This document shows, piece by piece, positions 29,201 through 37,242 of a stretch of 64,000 nucleotides of DNA (its first letter is position 1; each line of letters opens with the position of its first letter). The position numbers were made by a program, and so were the translations under genes. Under the pieces are notes generated by a model. It did not search any database. It was not told the origin of the DNA and saw only the letters and a program-made list of their open reading frames with translations. Location: IMG/VR virus record IMGVR_UViG_3300009158_000031, positions 124,001 through 188,000 of that record; one strand, given 5' to 3'.

Positions 29201-30005
29201 TTCTAAGGCAATGTTAGAAGAGGCTGCCAGAACAATTAATAGTGTTATAATGGTTCTAGGACAGGGAATGATGGACTTCGGAACATTCGTTGACGAGAAT
29301 GAAGATTCTATCGACGAAGCTATTGAATACATTCCTACAATGAGTGAAGCCTTAATGAAGATGGTAGAGGTTAATGAAAAATTCTCTAAGATAACAGATG
29401 CAGATAAAGGAGTTAAATCATTTACTAGTTTTAATCAAGCAGTAATGGATGCTTATGATCCAGCCAAGCAGAAAAATCTTCCTCAAACAGCAGGATATAT
29501 GATGCTATTCGTTAAAGGTATTGAAAGACTTGCTGCACCGGCCGATCAATTAGGTAAGGTTGCATCTAACGTAGAACGTATAGAAGCAGCAATGAAAAAT
29601 ATCAAAACTCATGTTAATGGATTTGATATGGAAAGGCTTACTAAAACGGATTCTCTATTTAAGTCAATGGCGATTTTATCAAAGAATCCTGAAGCTATGG
29701 CTGCTAAAATTAATGATACTCTTAAAGTTGCATTTGAAGAATTTGGTAAAGCTCTTACCGAAGCAATTAAAGAATCCGGTGGTGGTGGTGGCGGTGGCGG
29801 TGGTGGAATACTTGAAGGCGTTAAAGATATTTTGACTCCAGGTCCAGCAGGTGCTGCTCCAAAAGCTACCGATCCAAAAGGAAAGGCTGCTCCTGGACCT
29901 GCTCCTCTCACTGCAGAGGCGATTGGAGCTGCTATGTCGAAAGCTTTAAATGCCGCTTCAATTACCATAAAACCGGCAGCAAACGCGGTATTCAAAACCA
30001 CCTAA
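26265..30005 (+). CDS. Tape measure protein
   Basis: 1246 aa, Gly/Ala/Leu-rich amphipathic repeats (56-aa period near 26850-27200, about 100-aa period near 28520/28820); follows the chaperone genes; TTG start uncertain. Confidence 0.8.
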   Translation: MSARQVNAQEAIVSITSKMEAMLQQVQTQYDQSINLLTSLNTTMTVDVGQELKKQTSLLMSIEAKIGTNGGSAGEDKMLGKNLEILSKGLSKLVKAAEKIKPKTGEQVKEFLGNIADGLASLTDKIDEKKAEIIANTVITLAKGVLLFGLAMTLYVILGPTAMLGSMLFGLTIRLLLKSAGEVDENSLKGIVAVAALGLGVIYFGLAMALYAVIGIPAMLGAVLFGLTVRLLAKTAGLNDPKVAAGIVGIAALGLGAIYFGLAMLGYAIIGIPAMLGAVLFGLTVRLLVKTAGLNDPKVAAGMQALIGLGKAILIFGLVMLAYAIIGIPGLIGALVLALTLKLLSKSIKSMGSNMVRKGIINMALGAIAIILLGLTIILFAKEVPIMSSLYVILTIGAFALAFYIVGKFFNDILKGALAVAAIGLGISFLALGLFFYKSVGMTWEETAMLGVTIAGLGLVMGGAGEFFMEIIKGSAAMIVAGIALIVISAGLLVFAQTKLTFQDAAILGATILGLGVVMGIAGAGPVPLFIALGSAAMIVAGLSLVVLSLGLGAFKLTGFKVEDALSLGAAIGAVGVTMGIAGLASPFIILGSAAMAIAGVALMPLALGLAVFKAIGWKKGTDDESLKSALGSVISGFLGGDMPGGILASIKFAAQAAARSVLLFIAIPPLILAGVALLSISLGLAAFKKAGFTSSDSANMEAAIGGIVGAFSLVTDKERQKKMGINVDWMDLMIGIMALSQAGNTLSSLAKGIQAFANLSVIEYEVVGAGTKNAKIVPKGITKLSKSDFESAAYGMAQVIGAIAEPFALVGKLEKGTPSGNPFYDAIFGGGFVSAGIDALSRSGDTLVNLAKGVQAFANLEITEYEVIGAGTKNAKIIPKSITKMSPTDFAAAGANIAKIIAVVAEAFAKVGKDEAASEGVFSGGFLSKGVEALANIGENLQGITESVIKVATGTFTPMTAVQDGKGTKLVPGTPIKISKAMLEEAARTINSVIMVLGQGMMDFGTFVDENEDSIDEAIEYIPTMSEALMKMVEVNEKFSKITDADKGVKSFTSFNQAVMDAYDPAKQKNLPQTAGYMMLFVKGIERLAAPADQLGKVASNVERIEAAMKNIKTHVNGFDMERLTKTDSLFKSMAILSKNPEAMAAKINDTLKVAFEEFGKALTEAIKESGGGGGGGGGGILEGVKDILTPGPAGAAPKATDPKGKAAPGPAPLTAEAIGAAMSKALNAASITIKPAANAVFKTT

Positions 30006-30023
30006 CCTAATAAAAAACAATAT

Positions 30024-30770
30024 ATGGCTAAAAGAAGAAAGAATTATCAAGAGGAAGAACAAGATTACCAAGAGGTAATCAATCATTTCCAACCAAATCA
30101 ACCCATTCTTGAAAAATACAAAATTGAGTTAAAACCTAAAAGCGAAAATCAAAAGATTTTTTTAGACTTAATAAGTAATAAGGAAATTGTAATATGTTCG
30201 GGTCCAGCTGGTACAGGTAAAACTTTCTTAGCTTGCGTTCAAGCACTTAAATTATTCAAATCCGAATTTAAGTATCGTAAAATCGTATTAGTAAAATCCG
30301 TTACAACTCTTAAGGATGAAGAGATTGGTTATCTTAAAGGAACTATGGAAGAAAAAATGGAACCTTTCGTTTATTCATTCTTTCACAACTTCGAGAAAAT
30401 CCTTCCCAAGAATGTTATTAAAAATTTAAAAGACTCTCAATCAATTGAAGTTCTTCCTCTTGCATATATGCGAGGAATTAATCTAGATAATTGTATTGTA
30501 ATTGTCGATGAATGTCAAAATATTACACCTGATAATATGAGAACTATTATGACTCGTATAGGTGAAAATTGTAAGATGATATTCTTAGGTGATGAAGGTC
30601 AAATCGATTTGAAAAATAAGAAAAACTCTTCTTTACAGCTAATCATGGATAAATTCTCAACGGTTCCAGCAATTGGATGTATTAGATTCACCGAAGAAGA
30701 TACGGTTAGAAATCCATTAATCAGAAAAATAGAAGAAGTTTTTAGATCTATTTCTAATCCTACTGCATAA
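30024..30770 (+). CDS. phoH: PhoH-family ATPase
   Basis: GPAGTGKT, IGYLKGTMEEKMEP, PLAYMRG, IVDECQN, LGDEGQID, VRNPLI. Confidence 0.95.
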   Translation: MAKRRKNYQEEEQDYQEVINHFQPNQPILEKYKIELKPKSENQKIFLDLISNKEIVICSGPAGTGKTFLACVQALKLFKSEFKYRKIVLVKSVTTLKDEEIGYLKGTMEEKMEPFVYSFFHNFEKILPKNVIKNLKDSQSIEVLPLAYMRGINLDNCIVIVDECQNITPDNMRTIMTRIGENCKMIFLGDEGQIDLKNKKNSSLQLIMDKFSTVPAIGCIRFTEEDTVRNPLIRKIEEVFRSISNPTA

Positions 30771-30777
30771 AATAGGT

Positions 30778-31299
30778 ATGAAAAGAAAAAAGCCAAATGT
30801 CTTCTTAATATCCGATACTTTCTTTGGTAGAAATTTAGCTGCCGTTGAAAGAGGATTTGAGAGTGTAGAAGAGATGGAAGATAACATGATTGATTTATGG
30901 AATGAAACCGTCGGTGAAGATGATGTAGTATATCATTTAGGTAATTTTGCATGGGATCCTATTTCAGCAGAAACGGCAATCAATTTTCTGAAAGGTAAAA
31001 TTTATTTCGTATCCGGTAAATGTGATACCTTTCTACCGACCATATCTTTAGTTAAAACTGGAGTTCATACTTTATTTACCAATCAGATTGGAACTATGAA
31101 AGATCACAATTTTATATTTTCTCATTGGCCTATGTTAGATTGGCCTGGAAAAGAAAATGGATTTATGCAATTTCATGCCGGAGAAGAACCAACAAATATT
31201 AAAGAACAACGAATCAATGTCAATTGTAAGAATTGGGGTTTAAAACCAGTTGCCCTAGATGCTATACTTGATATTATTGAAATAACAAATAAAAAATAA
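30778..31299 (+). CDS. Calcineurin-like phosphoesterase homologue with degenerate metal ligands
   Basis: FLISDTFFG, YHLGNF, VSGKCD, FSHWP, FHAG replace canonical SDxH, HLGD, GNHD, SHYP and HGH. Confidence 0.7.
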   Translation: MKRKKPNVFLISDTFFGRNLAAVERGFESVEEMEDNMIDLWNETVGEDDVVYHLGNFAWDPISAETAINFLKGKIYFVSGKCDTFLPTISLVKTGVHTLFTNQIGTMKDHNFIFSHWPMLDWPGKENGFMQFHAGEEPTNIKEQRINVNCKNWGLKPVALDAILDIIEITNKK

Positions 31300-31377
31300 A
31301 CATAGAGCCTCACTCTTGTTTGTCTTGGGTTTAATCACCCTAGAGTAGTCTAATCGGCTACAATAAGATTAACAAAC
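31298..31377 (+). ncRNA. Candidate structured 5' leader: left arm of a long-range inverted repeat plus a three-way junction with two UAAUC loops
   Basis: P1 ttgtttgtctt/aagattaacaa; P2 gggt-ttaatc-accc; P3 gtagtc-taatc-ggctac. Confidence 0.45.
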
Positions 31378-31394
31378 TAAAAACAAAGGTAAAA

Positions 31395-32171
31395 ATGTAC
31401 ACAACAACCACAACAGAAAAAGCTTGCGAAGCTCATATCGCTATTAATCACAGCCGTCTAAAGAGCTATGATAAAAATCGCTACTATCTTAAAGATAAAA
31501 CAAATTTCGAGATAGAGGTATTCAATCCACATACCGTTTCGGTATTAGCAAAAATCAAAATGAATGGTGAGTATATCTCAACTGCCGGATTGATTATTAA
31601 ACCAGGTCAACGAGTATTTCTTTCTCGTTATCTAGACACAAACAATTCCTTCCTTTTCGAAACATATGATGTTGAGAATAATCATGAAGTACTTGAAGCA
31701 ATTGCCAACAATGGTAAAATTGAAGTTGAATTCTTCTTAGAACAGAATTATTATAATCCTACTTTTAGTGGAATATCGTGGACTTCATCGCCAACGGTTT
31801 ATTATCAAAACAACTTCCATAATGGAAATATGTTGTTCGATTCACAACCCATCTTTGGAGGAATTGCCTCTACCTTCACATCATCTCTTAATATGCCTAT
31901 TGCCGGTAGTTCAGATGTAAAATCTCTTTCGGTAGATGCATCAATAGAAACGGGAAGAATTGAGAAAGGTGAAAAGACTAATCAAAAAATGGAATCATCT
32001 TATGGATCTTATAATTCATGGCCAACGAACGCCATTCAAATTCAGCTATTCCCGGAATCAATCAAACCAATTGAGGTTTCTGAAATTCGTACATATTGTA
32101 CTGAATGTGGAACTCGAATGAAAAAACAAACATGGAAATTCTGCCCTAATTGCGGAACTAAAAATGACTAA
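31395..32171 (+). CDS. Conserved phage protein with C-terminal double zinc ribbon
   Basis: Beta-rich N-domain (FEIEVFNP..KIKMNG..KPGQRVFL); C-terminal YCTECG..KFCPNCG. Confidence 0.7.
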   Translation: MYTTTTTEKACEAHIAINHSRLKSYDKNRYYLKDKTNFEIEVFNPHTVSVLAKIKMNGEYISTAGLIIKPGQRVFLSRYLDTNNSFLFETYDVENNHEVLEAIANNGKIEVEFFLEQNYYNPTFSGISWTSSPTVYYQNNFHNGNMLFDSQPIFGGIASTFTSSLNMPIAGSSDVKSLSVDASIETGRIEKGEKTNQKMESSYGSYNSWPTNAIQIQLFPESIKPIEVSEIRTYCTECGTRMKKQTWKFCPNCGTKND

Positions 32172-32199
32172 TTAGAGAGTGAGGCCTCTATGTTTTAAT

Positions 32200-32256
32200 T
32201 TGTTAATAACTTTATTCAAATAAATTTTTTTATTCCACAAAAAAGTATTATATTTG
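32200..32256 (+). promoter_or_regulatory. Composite early promoter, copy 4
   Basis: TTGTTAATAACTT at 32200; TATATTTG at 32249. Confidence 0.8.
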
Positions 32257-32282
32257 TATATACAATTTAAAACAATATACAT

Positions 32283-32483
32283 ATGACAATGACTAAATTA
32301 GACTACAACAAAATCTCAAACGTATTCGTAGGTGGAATCGATATGGAAGATTTTCCAGATTTCTGTGACGCTTACATCGAATCTGCTGATTATGATAATC
32401 GTGAAATGACCGACGAAGAATTAGATATTCTTAACGAAGACGGTAGCTTTATTTCCGAACACGCACATTCACAAATTTGTTAA
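32283..32483 (+). CDS. Small acidic early protein
   Basis: IDMEDFPDFCDAYIESADYDNREMTDEELD; very acidic, possible DNA mimic. Confidence 0.6.
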   Translation: MTMTKLDYNKISNVFVGGIDMEDFPDFCDAYIESADYDNREMTDEELDILNEDGSFISEHAHSQIC

Positions 32484-32484
32484 T

Positions 32485-32646
32485 ATGATAATTTACATGA
32501 TACAAACTCTTCAGATGTTCGTAAACATAAGAGGAGAAGAATTCGCAAAACGAATTTCAGAATGTGGAAGATTCCAACAAACTAAAGATGGAGTTCCATT
32601 TTTAATAATTGAAGACGAAGATAAACTTAATACTCTACTAAATTAA
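32485..32646 (+). CDS. Small hypothetical protein (53 aa, not in track)
   Basis: MIIYMIQTLQMFVNIRGEEFAKRISECG..; tightly packed between neighbours. Confidence 0.45.
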   Translation: MIIYMIQTLQMFVNIRGEEFAKRISECGRFQQTKDGVPFLIIEDEDKLNTLLN

Positions 32647-32647
32647 T

Positions 32648-32809
32648 ATGGAAGATAAAGAGATAATCATAAAAGCAATCGCTCAAAGAATCAAAGATGA
32701 GCAAAAGAAACATGAACGAAGTATTCCAGATTGGCATGAAATTGCTGCACGAAAAATATATGCTTCATTAGATATTAAACCTAAAACAGATTCAGATGAA
32801 AACTTATGA
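32648..32809 (+). CDS. Small hypothetical protein (53 aa, not in track)
   Basis: MEDKEIIIKAIAQRIKDEQKKHERSIPDWHEIAARKIY..; tightly packed. Confidence 0.5.
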   Translation: MEDKEIIIKAIAQRIKDEQKKHERSIPDWHEIAARKIYASLDIKPKTDSDENL

Positions 32810-33023
32810 ACCAACCGATTCTATGCGAACGAATCAACTATCATTTACTCCAGGAGGATCTACTATAAAGGTTCTATATGAAACTCATGAAGTGGTATAC
32901 ACAAAAGTAAAATATCCAAATGCATATATTAGGAAAATTCTAACCGATGCTCAACCTGAAGCAATTTGGATAAACGATCAATTAACACACATAAAAAAAG
33001 ATGGGACGATTACGAAACTTTAA
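32796..33023 (+). CDS. Hypothetical protein
   Basis: 75-aa ORF in operon. Confidence 0.55.
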   Translation: MKTYEPTDSMRTNQLSFTPGGSTIKVLYETHEVVYTKVKYPNAYIRKILTDAQPEAIWINDQLTHIKKDGTITKL

Positions 33024-33492
33024 TAAATTAAAATGGAAACCTTTTCAATTGAGAGAGGGTTCAATTTCCATAACTAATTACTTTATCGATAAAGATGGAA
33101 AGAAATGTCCAATGCAATCACATTTAGATATTCCCAAATATTCATTCTTTGAGATTGTAAAATGGGAACCTAATCAATATTATGGTAAGCTTCAAGAATA
33201 TTTAGATAATGGATGGAACATATCATTTGGCGGAGATTTCCTTCAACGGAATAATACCTCTATTTCTCTATCATTCTTTACCGGATCTCCTGAATCTTGT
33301 TTCATGCTTGCCTCATGGGAAAACATGGATCATGATGAAAAATCTCCTGACCTTAAATTTGTAGGATCTCGTCCAATGGATTTAAATGAAGAAGAACAGG
33401 CAATTTTCATGCAGATTGCAAAAGCCGGTCAACAACATATAGAAAAGGTATTAAGCAAATTCAACGAAGAAGATCACGATCATTGGAATTAA
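33001..33492 (+). CDS. Hypothetical protein
   Basis: 163-aa ORF in operon. Confidence 0.55.
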   Translation: MGRLRNFNKLKWKPFQLREGSISITNYFIDKDGKKCPMQSHLDIPKYSFFEIVKWEPNQYYGKLQEYLDNGWNISFGGDFLQRNNTSISLSFFTGSPESCFMLASWENMDHDEKSPDLKFVGSRPMDLNEEEQAIFMQIAKAGQQHIEKVLSKFNEEDHDHWN

Positions 33493-33493
33493 A

Positions 33494-33550
33494 TTGTTAA
33501 TAACTTTTGAAACAAATATTTTTTTATTCCAAAAAGATTTATTATATTTG
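33494..33550 (+). promoter_or_regulatory. Composite early promoter, copy 5
   Basis: TTGTTAATAACTT at 33494; TATATTTG at 33543. Confidence 0.8.
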
Positions 33551-33576
33551 TATATACAATTTAAAACAATATACAT

Positions 33577-33846
33577 ATGACACACAGAGAATTCCATTTA
33601 AACGTAACAAAAGCAATTACCGAAAACTCCGGTAGAGAAGTTTATCCCATAATATACAAAGTTGGTGATACTTTAACACTTAACGAAAAACAATTCGATG
33701 ATCTTCAATCTGGTTCTACTATCACTTTTTATACTAACGAAGGAATCATGGAATTTGACAAATATAATTTTAATAATGAAGTTTCCTTCACAGAAATAAC
33801 CGTTCAATCCGGAACTCGCAAATTAGGTCAACGTAAAAAGAAATAA
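33577..33846 (+). CDS. Hypothetical early protein
   Basis: 89-aa ORF after promoter 5. Confidence 0.6.
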   Translation: MTHREFHLNVTKAITENSGREVYPIIYKVGDTLTLNEKQFDDLQSGSTITFYTNEGIMEFDKYNFNNEVSFTEITVQSGTRKLGQRKKK

Positions 33847-33847
33847 T

Positions 33848-33912
33848 TTGTTAATAACTTTCCATCAATAAATTTTACTTTACCAATTTTTTTTATTATA
33901 TTATACTATAAA
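33848..33912 (+). promoter_or_regulatory. Composite promoter, copy 6 (variant -7: TATATTAT-ACTATAAT)
   Basis: TTGTTAATAACTT at 33848; TATATTAT at 33897 (49 bp later). Confidence 0.7.
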
Positions 33913-33935
33913 TAATAACTTAAACAAATCAACTT

Positions 33936-34535
33936 ATGGCTAAAAACGAATCATTAAAGGAATTAGGCGTTTCATTTAAAGAAACCAGATCAGAACGAGT
34001 ATTTACCGATTTGTATCATCGACTTAAACCAGGATTAACAAATTATGTCTTTCAAATTGTAAAAGATTACGATATGTCTAATCATATTGTTTCGGCGGTA
34101 ATGTCTGAGGTTTACAATAAAATCGATAAATATGATCCCAAATGGCATATATCAACGTGGATTTATCGAATAGCATACACTCATGCTTGTGGTTATCTTC
34201 GTGCTAAAAAAGTACAAAGAACGGTTTCCCTTTCTGCATTCGATAACGATGAAAATCGTAACCGTTTACATAAACTTGAATTTGAATCTATCGAAGATCA
34301 TCGTGATGCAATCGAAAAACGTGAGGATGCTGATGCGGAAAAAGCACACATTTTATACCTTCGTACAATCGTCGATAATTTACCAATCGAATATCGTGAG
34401 GTAGTAGTTGAAAAATTCTATAACGATTTAAAATACGATGAAATCGCCGAGAAACTAAATATTCCATTACATACCGTAAAAAATCGAATTTCTCGAGGAA
34501 AACGAATCATTCAAGAAGAACTTACCAAAAAATAA
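33936..34535 (+). CDS. ECF-type RNA polymerase sigma-70 factor
   Basis: Region 2 (VYNKIDKYDPKWHISTWIYRIAYT); region 4 HTH (LPIEYREVVVEKFYNDLKYDEIAEKLNIPLHTVKNRISRGK). Confidence 0.92.
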   Translation: MAKNESLKELGVSFKETRSERVFTDLYHRLKPGLTNYVFQIVKDYDMSNHIVSAVMSEVYNKIDKYDPKWHISTWIYRIAYTHACGYLRAKKVQRTVSLSAFDNDENRNRLHKLEFESIEDHRDAIEKREDADAEKAHILYLRTIVDNLPIEYREVVVEKFYNDLKYDEIAEKLNIPLHTVKNRISRGKRIIQEELTKK

Positions 34536-34551
34536 ATTAATTTGAAATATT

Positions 34552-34620
34552 CAATTGTCACTTATCAATGATAGGTGACAATTGCTGTTCCTACAGACCG
34601 CTAGTAGTAAGCAATTTTTT
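34552..34620 (+). terminator. Long hairpin plus overlapping alternative hairpin with T-tract after the sigma gene
   Basis: caattgtcacttatc-aat-gataggtgacaattg (34552-34584); aattgct (34580-34586) can instead pair with agcaatt (34610-34616), which is followed by tttt. Confidence 0.5.
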
Positions 34621-34658
34621 CATCACTTTTAGGATACATATCTTAAAACAAAAACAAA

Positions 34659-36581
34659 ATGAAGAAATTGCTTAAATCATTTCTATTGATGATTATTCTA
34701 GCTCTTCCAATTCTTACGTTTGCACAATCTGGTCCACCAGCACCAAGTGCAGGAATCTGGGCTTTAATAGATACCAACTATTCTGTTGGTACATCAACAT
34801 TAGGAATATCAAAAGCCAGAATAACTCTTAAAAACACAACCAGTACATTATATACTGGTGTACAATTTAGAGTATTCTACGACAAAAATGCTTTCTCATC
34901 TGCATCAGTTGCTTTAGTAGGATCAACAACTAATCTTTACCTACAATCAGTAGATAACAATACGGCAGGTTATGTTACTATGTCTCTAGTTTATACAGGA
35001 AATAGTTCAGCATATACATTAGCAGACGGTGAAAGATTTGAAATTACATTTAATCACGTATCATCCGGTGCATTTTTTGCCTTACCAAGTATTAGTGCAT
35101 TAACCTGGACTGGTTCTGCTACTTTTCCTGAGATTGCTGCTGAGCAAACTGGTTTAGATACGGTCTTAAATTTACATAGTTATGGTGGAACTTGGTTAAG
35201 ACCACAACTTAGTTATCATGGTAAATTTACTAACGTAACCGCAACACCAGCTAAAAACCTTCCGCTTTCATTAGAAAAAAAAGTTAAGATTGGTGGAACT
35301 TGGGGTGCACATGCAACTTACACAACTAACCTTTTAGGAGTATTTTCATTTACGGAATTAATCGATACAACTTATTATGATGTTCGTCTTTCTATTCAAG
35401 GAGATACAATGTCAGTTGGTAACGTTATTTCAACTGCCGATGCTCAGCTAATTAATCAATGGGTTCTTGGTGGAGCTACTCCTTCTGGATTTGATTTTTA
35501 TACTGGAGACGTTAATTCATCTAATGGAATATCCATCACCGATGCTTATGGAGTATTTGGTAGAATTGCCGGTAGATTTAGCACTTGGCCTAACTCAGTT
35601 AAAGATGTAAAATTCTTTACTGAAACAGAATATACCACAATCGTTGGAACCCCAACCACAAACTTTACTGGAACTATTTCAGGAGCTACGAACTTCTATT
35701 TTGATATACTTCCTGGAGCACCAGATAGTGTAACTTATTATGTATGTGTACCTGGTGATGCAAATGGAACCGGTTATCATATGGCTCGTCTAACCCCAAT
35801 AGATATTATTGTTAGTCCACCTGCCGGAACTCCTATCCAACAAGAAAATGTTATTGATATGAAAGTTGAATATGACTTTCCTACATCTTCTATGGAAATA
35901 GGTCTACCTTCACTTTCTGTTAAAGAAGGAAATCTAGTGGAACTTCCAGTTACTGTTAAAACTAATGGAAAAGATATTTCAGCATTACAACTTTCAATGC
36001 TATACGATCAAACGCTTTTACAATTCAAAGATGTTAAGAATTCTCAAAAATCCATGTTTTGGATGTCTTCTATTAATCCTATGAATGGTATTATAGAATG
36101 GGCCGGATATGATCCTTCATCTAACAAATCATATATGATTTCTGATGGATATGAAATATTCACTCTTCGTTTCTTGGCTTTGAAACCTCAAGCAGAATGG
36201 AATCAATCACCTCTTTATACTTCTCGTAAATTTTCAGGTGATGCTTATTCTAAAGATATGAATATTACTCCAGCAAATGGAATTTTGATTGTCGCTAAAA
36301 TGGCACCTATTTCTGGAGGTTTAAGTGAAAATGAAATGACTATATTTCCAAATCCAACATCTGGTGAAATTACCATCGACTTTACCGTAAAACAGACAGG
36401 TCGAGTAAAGTTATATATAGTAGGCATGAATGGAGAAATCAATCACATAATTCTTGATAAAGATATGCCAGAAGGTGAATATGTTTATACTTCAAATATT
36501 AATCATCTTACTCAAGGAATTTATGTTGCTTCTTTACAAGCCAAGAATCAAACTATAAGTAAAAAAATAATCAAAAACTAA
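34659..36581 (+). CDS. Secreted cohesin-Ig-dockerin-cohesin protein with T9SS C-terminal sorting domain
   Basis: Signal peptide; cohesin-like YTGVQFRVFYDKNAF; dockerin/EF-like ISTADAQLI..GDVNSSNGISITDAY; second cohesin LVELPVTVKT..ISALQLSMLYDQTLLQF; CTD TIFPNPTSGEITI..GIYVASL..KKIIKN. Confidence 0.82.
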   Translation: MKKLLKSFLLMIILALPILTFAQSGPPAPSAGIWALIDTNYSVGTSTLGISKARITLKNTTSTLYTGVQFRVFYDKNAFSSASVALVGSTTNLYLQSVDNNTAGYVTMSLVYTGNSSAYTLADGERFEITFNHVSSGAFFALPSISALTWTGSATFPEIAAEQTGLDTVLNLHSYGGTWLRPQLSYHGKFTNVTATPAKNLPLSLEKKVKIGGTWGAHATYTTNLLGVFSFTELIDTTYYDVRLSIQGDTMSVGNVISTADAQLINQWVLGGATPSGFDFYTGDVNSSNGISITDAYGVFGRIAGRFSTWPNSVKDVKFFTETEYTTIVGTPTTNFTGTISGATNFYFDILPGAPDSVTYYVCVPGDANGTGYHMARLTPIDIIVSPPAGTPIQQENVIDMKVEYDFPTSSMEIGLPSLSVKEGNLVELPVTVKTNGKDISALQLSMLYDQTLLQFKDVKNSQKSMFWMSSINPMNGIIEWAGYDPSSNKSYMISDGYEIFTLRFLALKPQAEWNQSPLYTSRKFSGDAYSKDMNITPANGILIVAKMAPISGGLSENEMTIFPNPTSGEITIDFTVKQTGRVKLYIVGMNGEINHIILDKDMPEGEYVYTSNINHLTQGIYVASLQAKNQTISKKIIKN

Positions 36582-36586
36582 TAATC

Positions 36587-36916
36587 ATGTCAGAAGAAAC
36601 ACAAGATCAAAATGACGGAACTTGGTCAGGTCTAAAGAAAACTTTAATAGGAACTCTAACCACAGTTATTGCTGGCGGAGGAATCTGGTTATCTACTACT
36701 CTATTTGGTGGTGGACACGAAGATAAAGAAGAAACTAAAACCGAGCAAGCTGCACCAGCACCAGTTGTAATTAATGTACAACAAAATCAAGAGAATACTC
36801 AAAAACAACAAAACAATGGTGGTACCACTACTATCATCAAAGAAAGAGTTATAGAGAAAGCTCCTGCTGAAAAGAAAGAAGAAAAGAAAAAAGAATCTGA
36901 GGATGCTCCTTGGTAA
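36587..36916 (+). CDS. Single-TM membrane protein
   Basis: TLIGTLTTVIAGGGIWLSTTLFG helix; low-complexity exported tail. Confidence 0.6.
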   Translation: MSEETQDQNDGTWSGLKKTLIGTLTTVIAGGGIWLSTTLFGGGHEDKEETKTEQAAPAPVVINVQQNQENTQKQQNNGGTTTIIKERVIEKAPAEKKEEKKKESEDAPW

Positions 36917-36935
36917 TTAAAAAAATTAAAACAAA

Positions 36936-37232
36936 ATGGCTAAATTACAAAACACCAAACCTGGATTCTTTAAGAGAATGTTTATGGATGATAACGATAT
37001 TAATGAAAAATCTATCGTTGGATTTTGTGCTTTCATTGTGATGGTTATTGCATTTGGAGTTGATATTTATACCGGTTTCAAAGGTATGCCTTTCGAGATT
37101 AATGAATTCATTTTTGATGGATTTATGGTTATTACTTTAGGTGCATTTGGTATCGCTTCAGTTGATAAGTACTTAACCGGAAAGAATAAAAATGAGAGTT
37201 CATCATCTAATGAAGAACCGCCTATTGAATAA
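36936..37232 (+). CDS. Two-TM membrane protein
   Basis: SIVGFCAFIVMVIAFGVDI and IFDGFMVITLGAFGIA helices. Confidence 0.6.
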   Translation: MAKLQNTKPGFFKRMFMDDNDINEKSIVGFCAFIVMVIAFGVDIYTGFKGMPFEINEFIFDGFMVITLGAFGIASVDKYLTGKNKNESSSSNEEPPIE

Positions 37233-37242
37233 ACCAAAATTT

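Larger units (their letters stand above)
31298..32195. repeat. Long-range inverted repeat enclosing the 31395-32171 gene
   Basis: 31298-31316 aaacatagagcctcactct is the reverse complement of 32176-32195 agagtgaggcctctatgttt, except for one bulged base. Confidence 0.85.

Noticed and set aside
29778-29807. GGT/GGC run as a G-quadruplex or phase-variable tract
   Set aside because: It is an in-frame poly-glycine linker; triplet slippage would not change the frame.
26357-30001. Long minus-strand ORFs (226, 111, 113 and 130 aa) opposite the tape measure gene, and all other minus-strand ORFs in the track
   Set aside because: They are antisense shadows of biased-codon + strand genes, with no recognisable motifs, promoters or intergenic space of their own.
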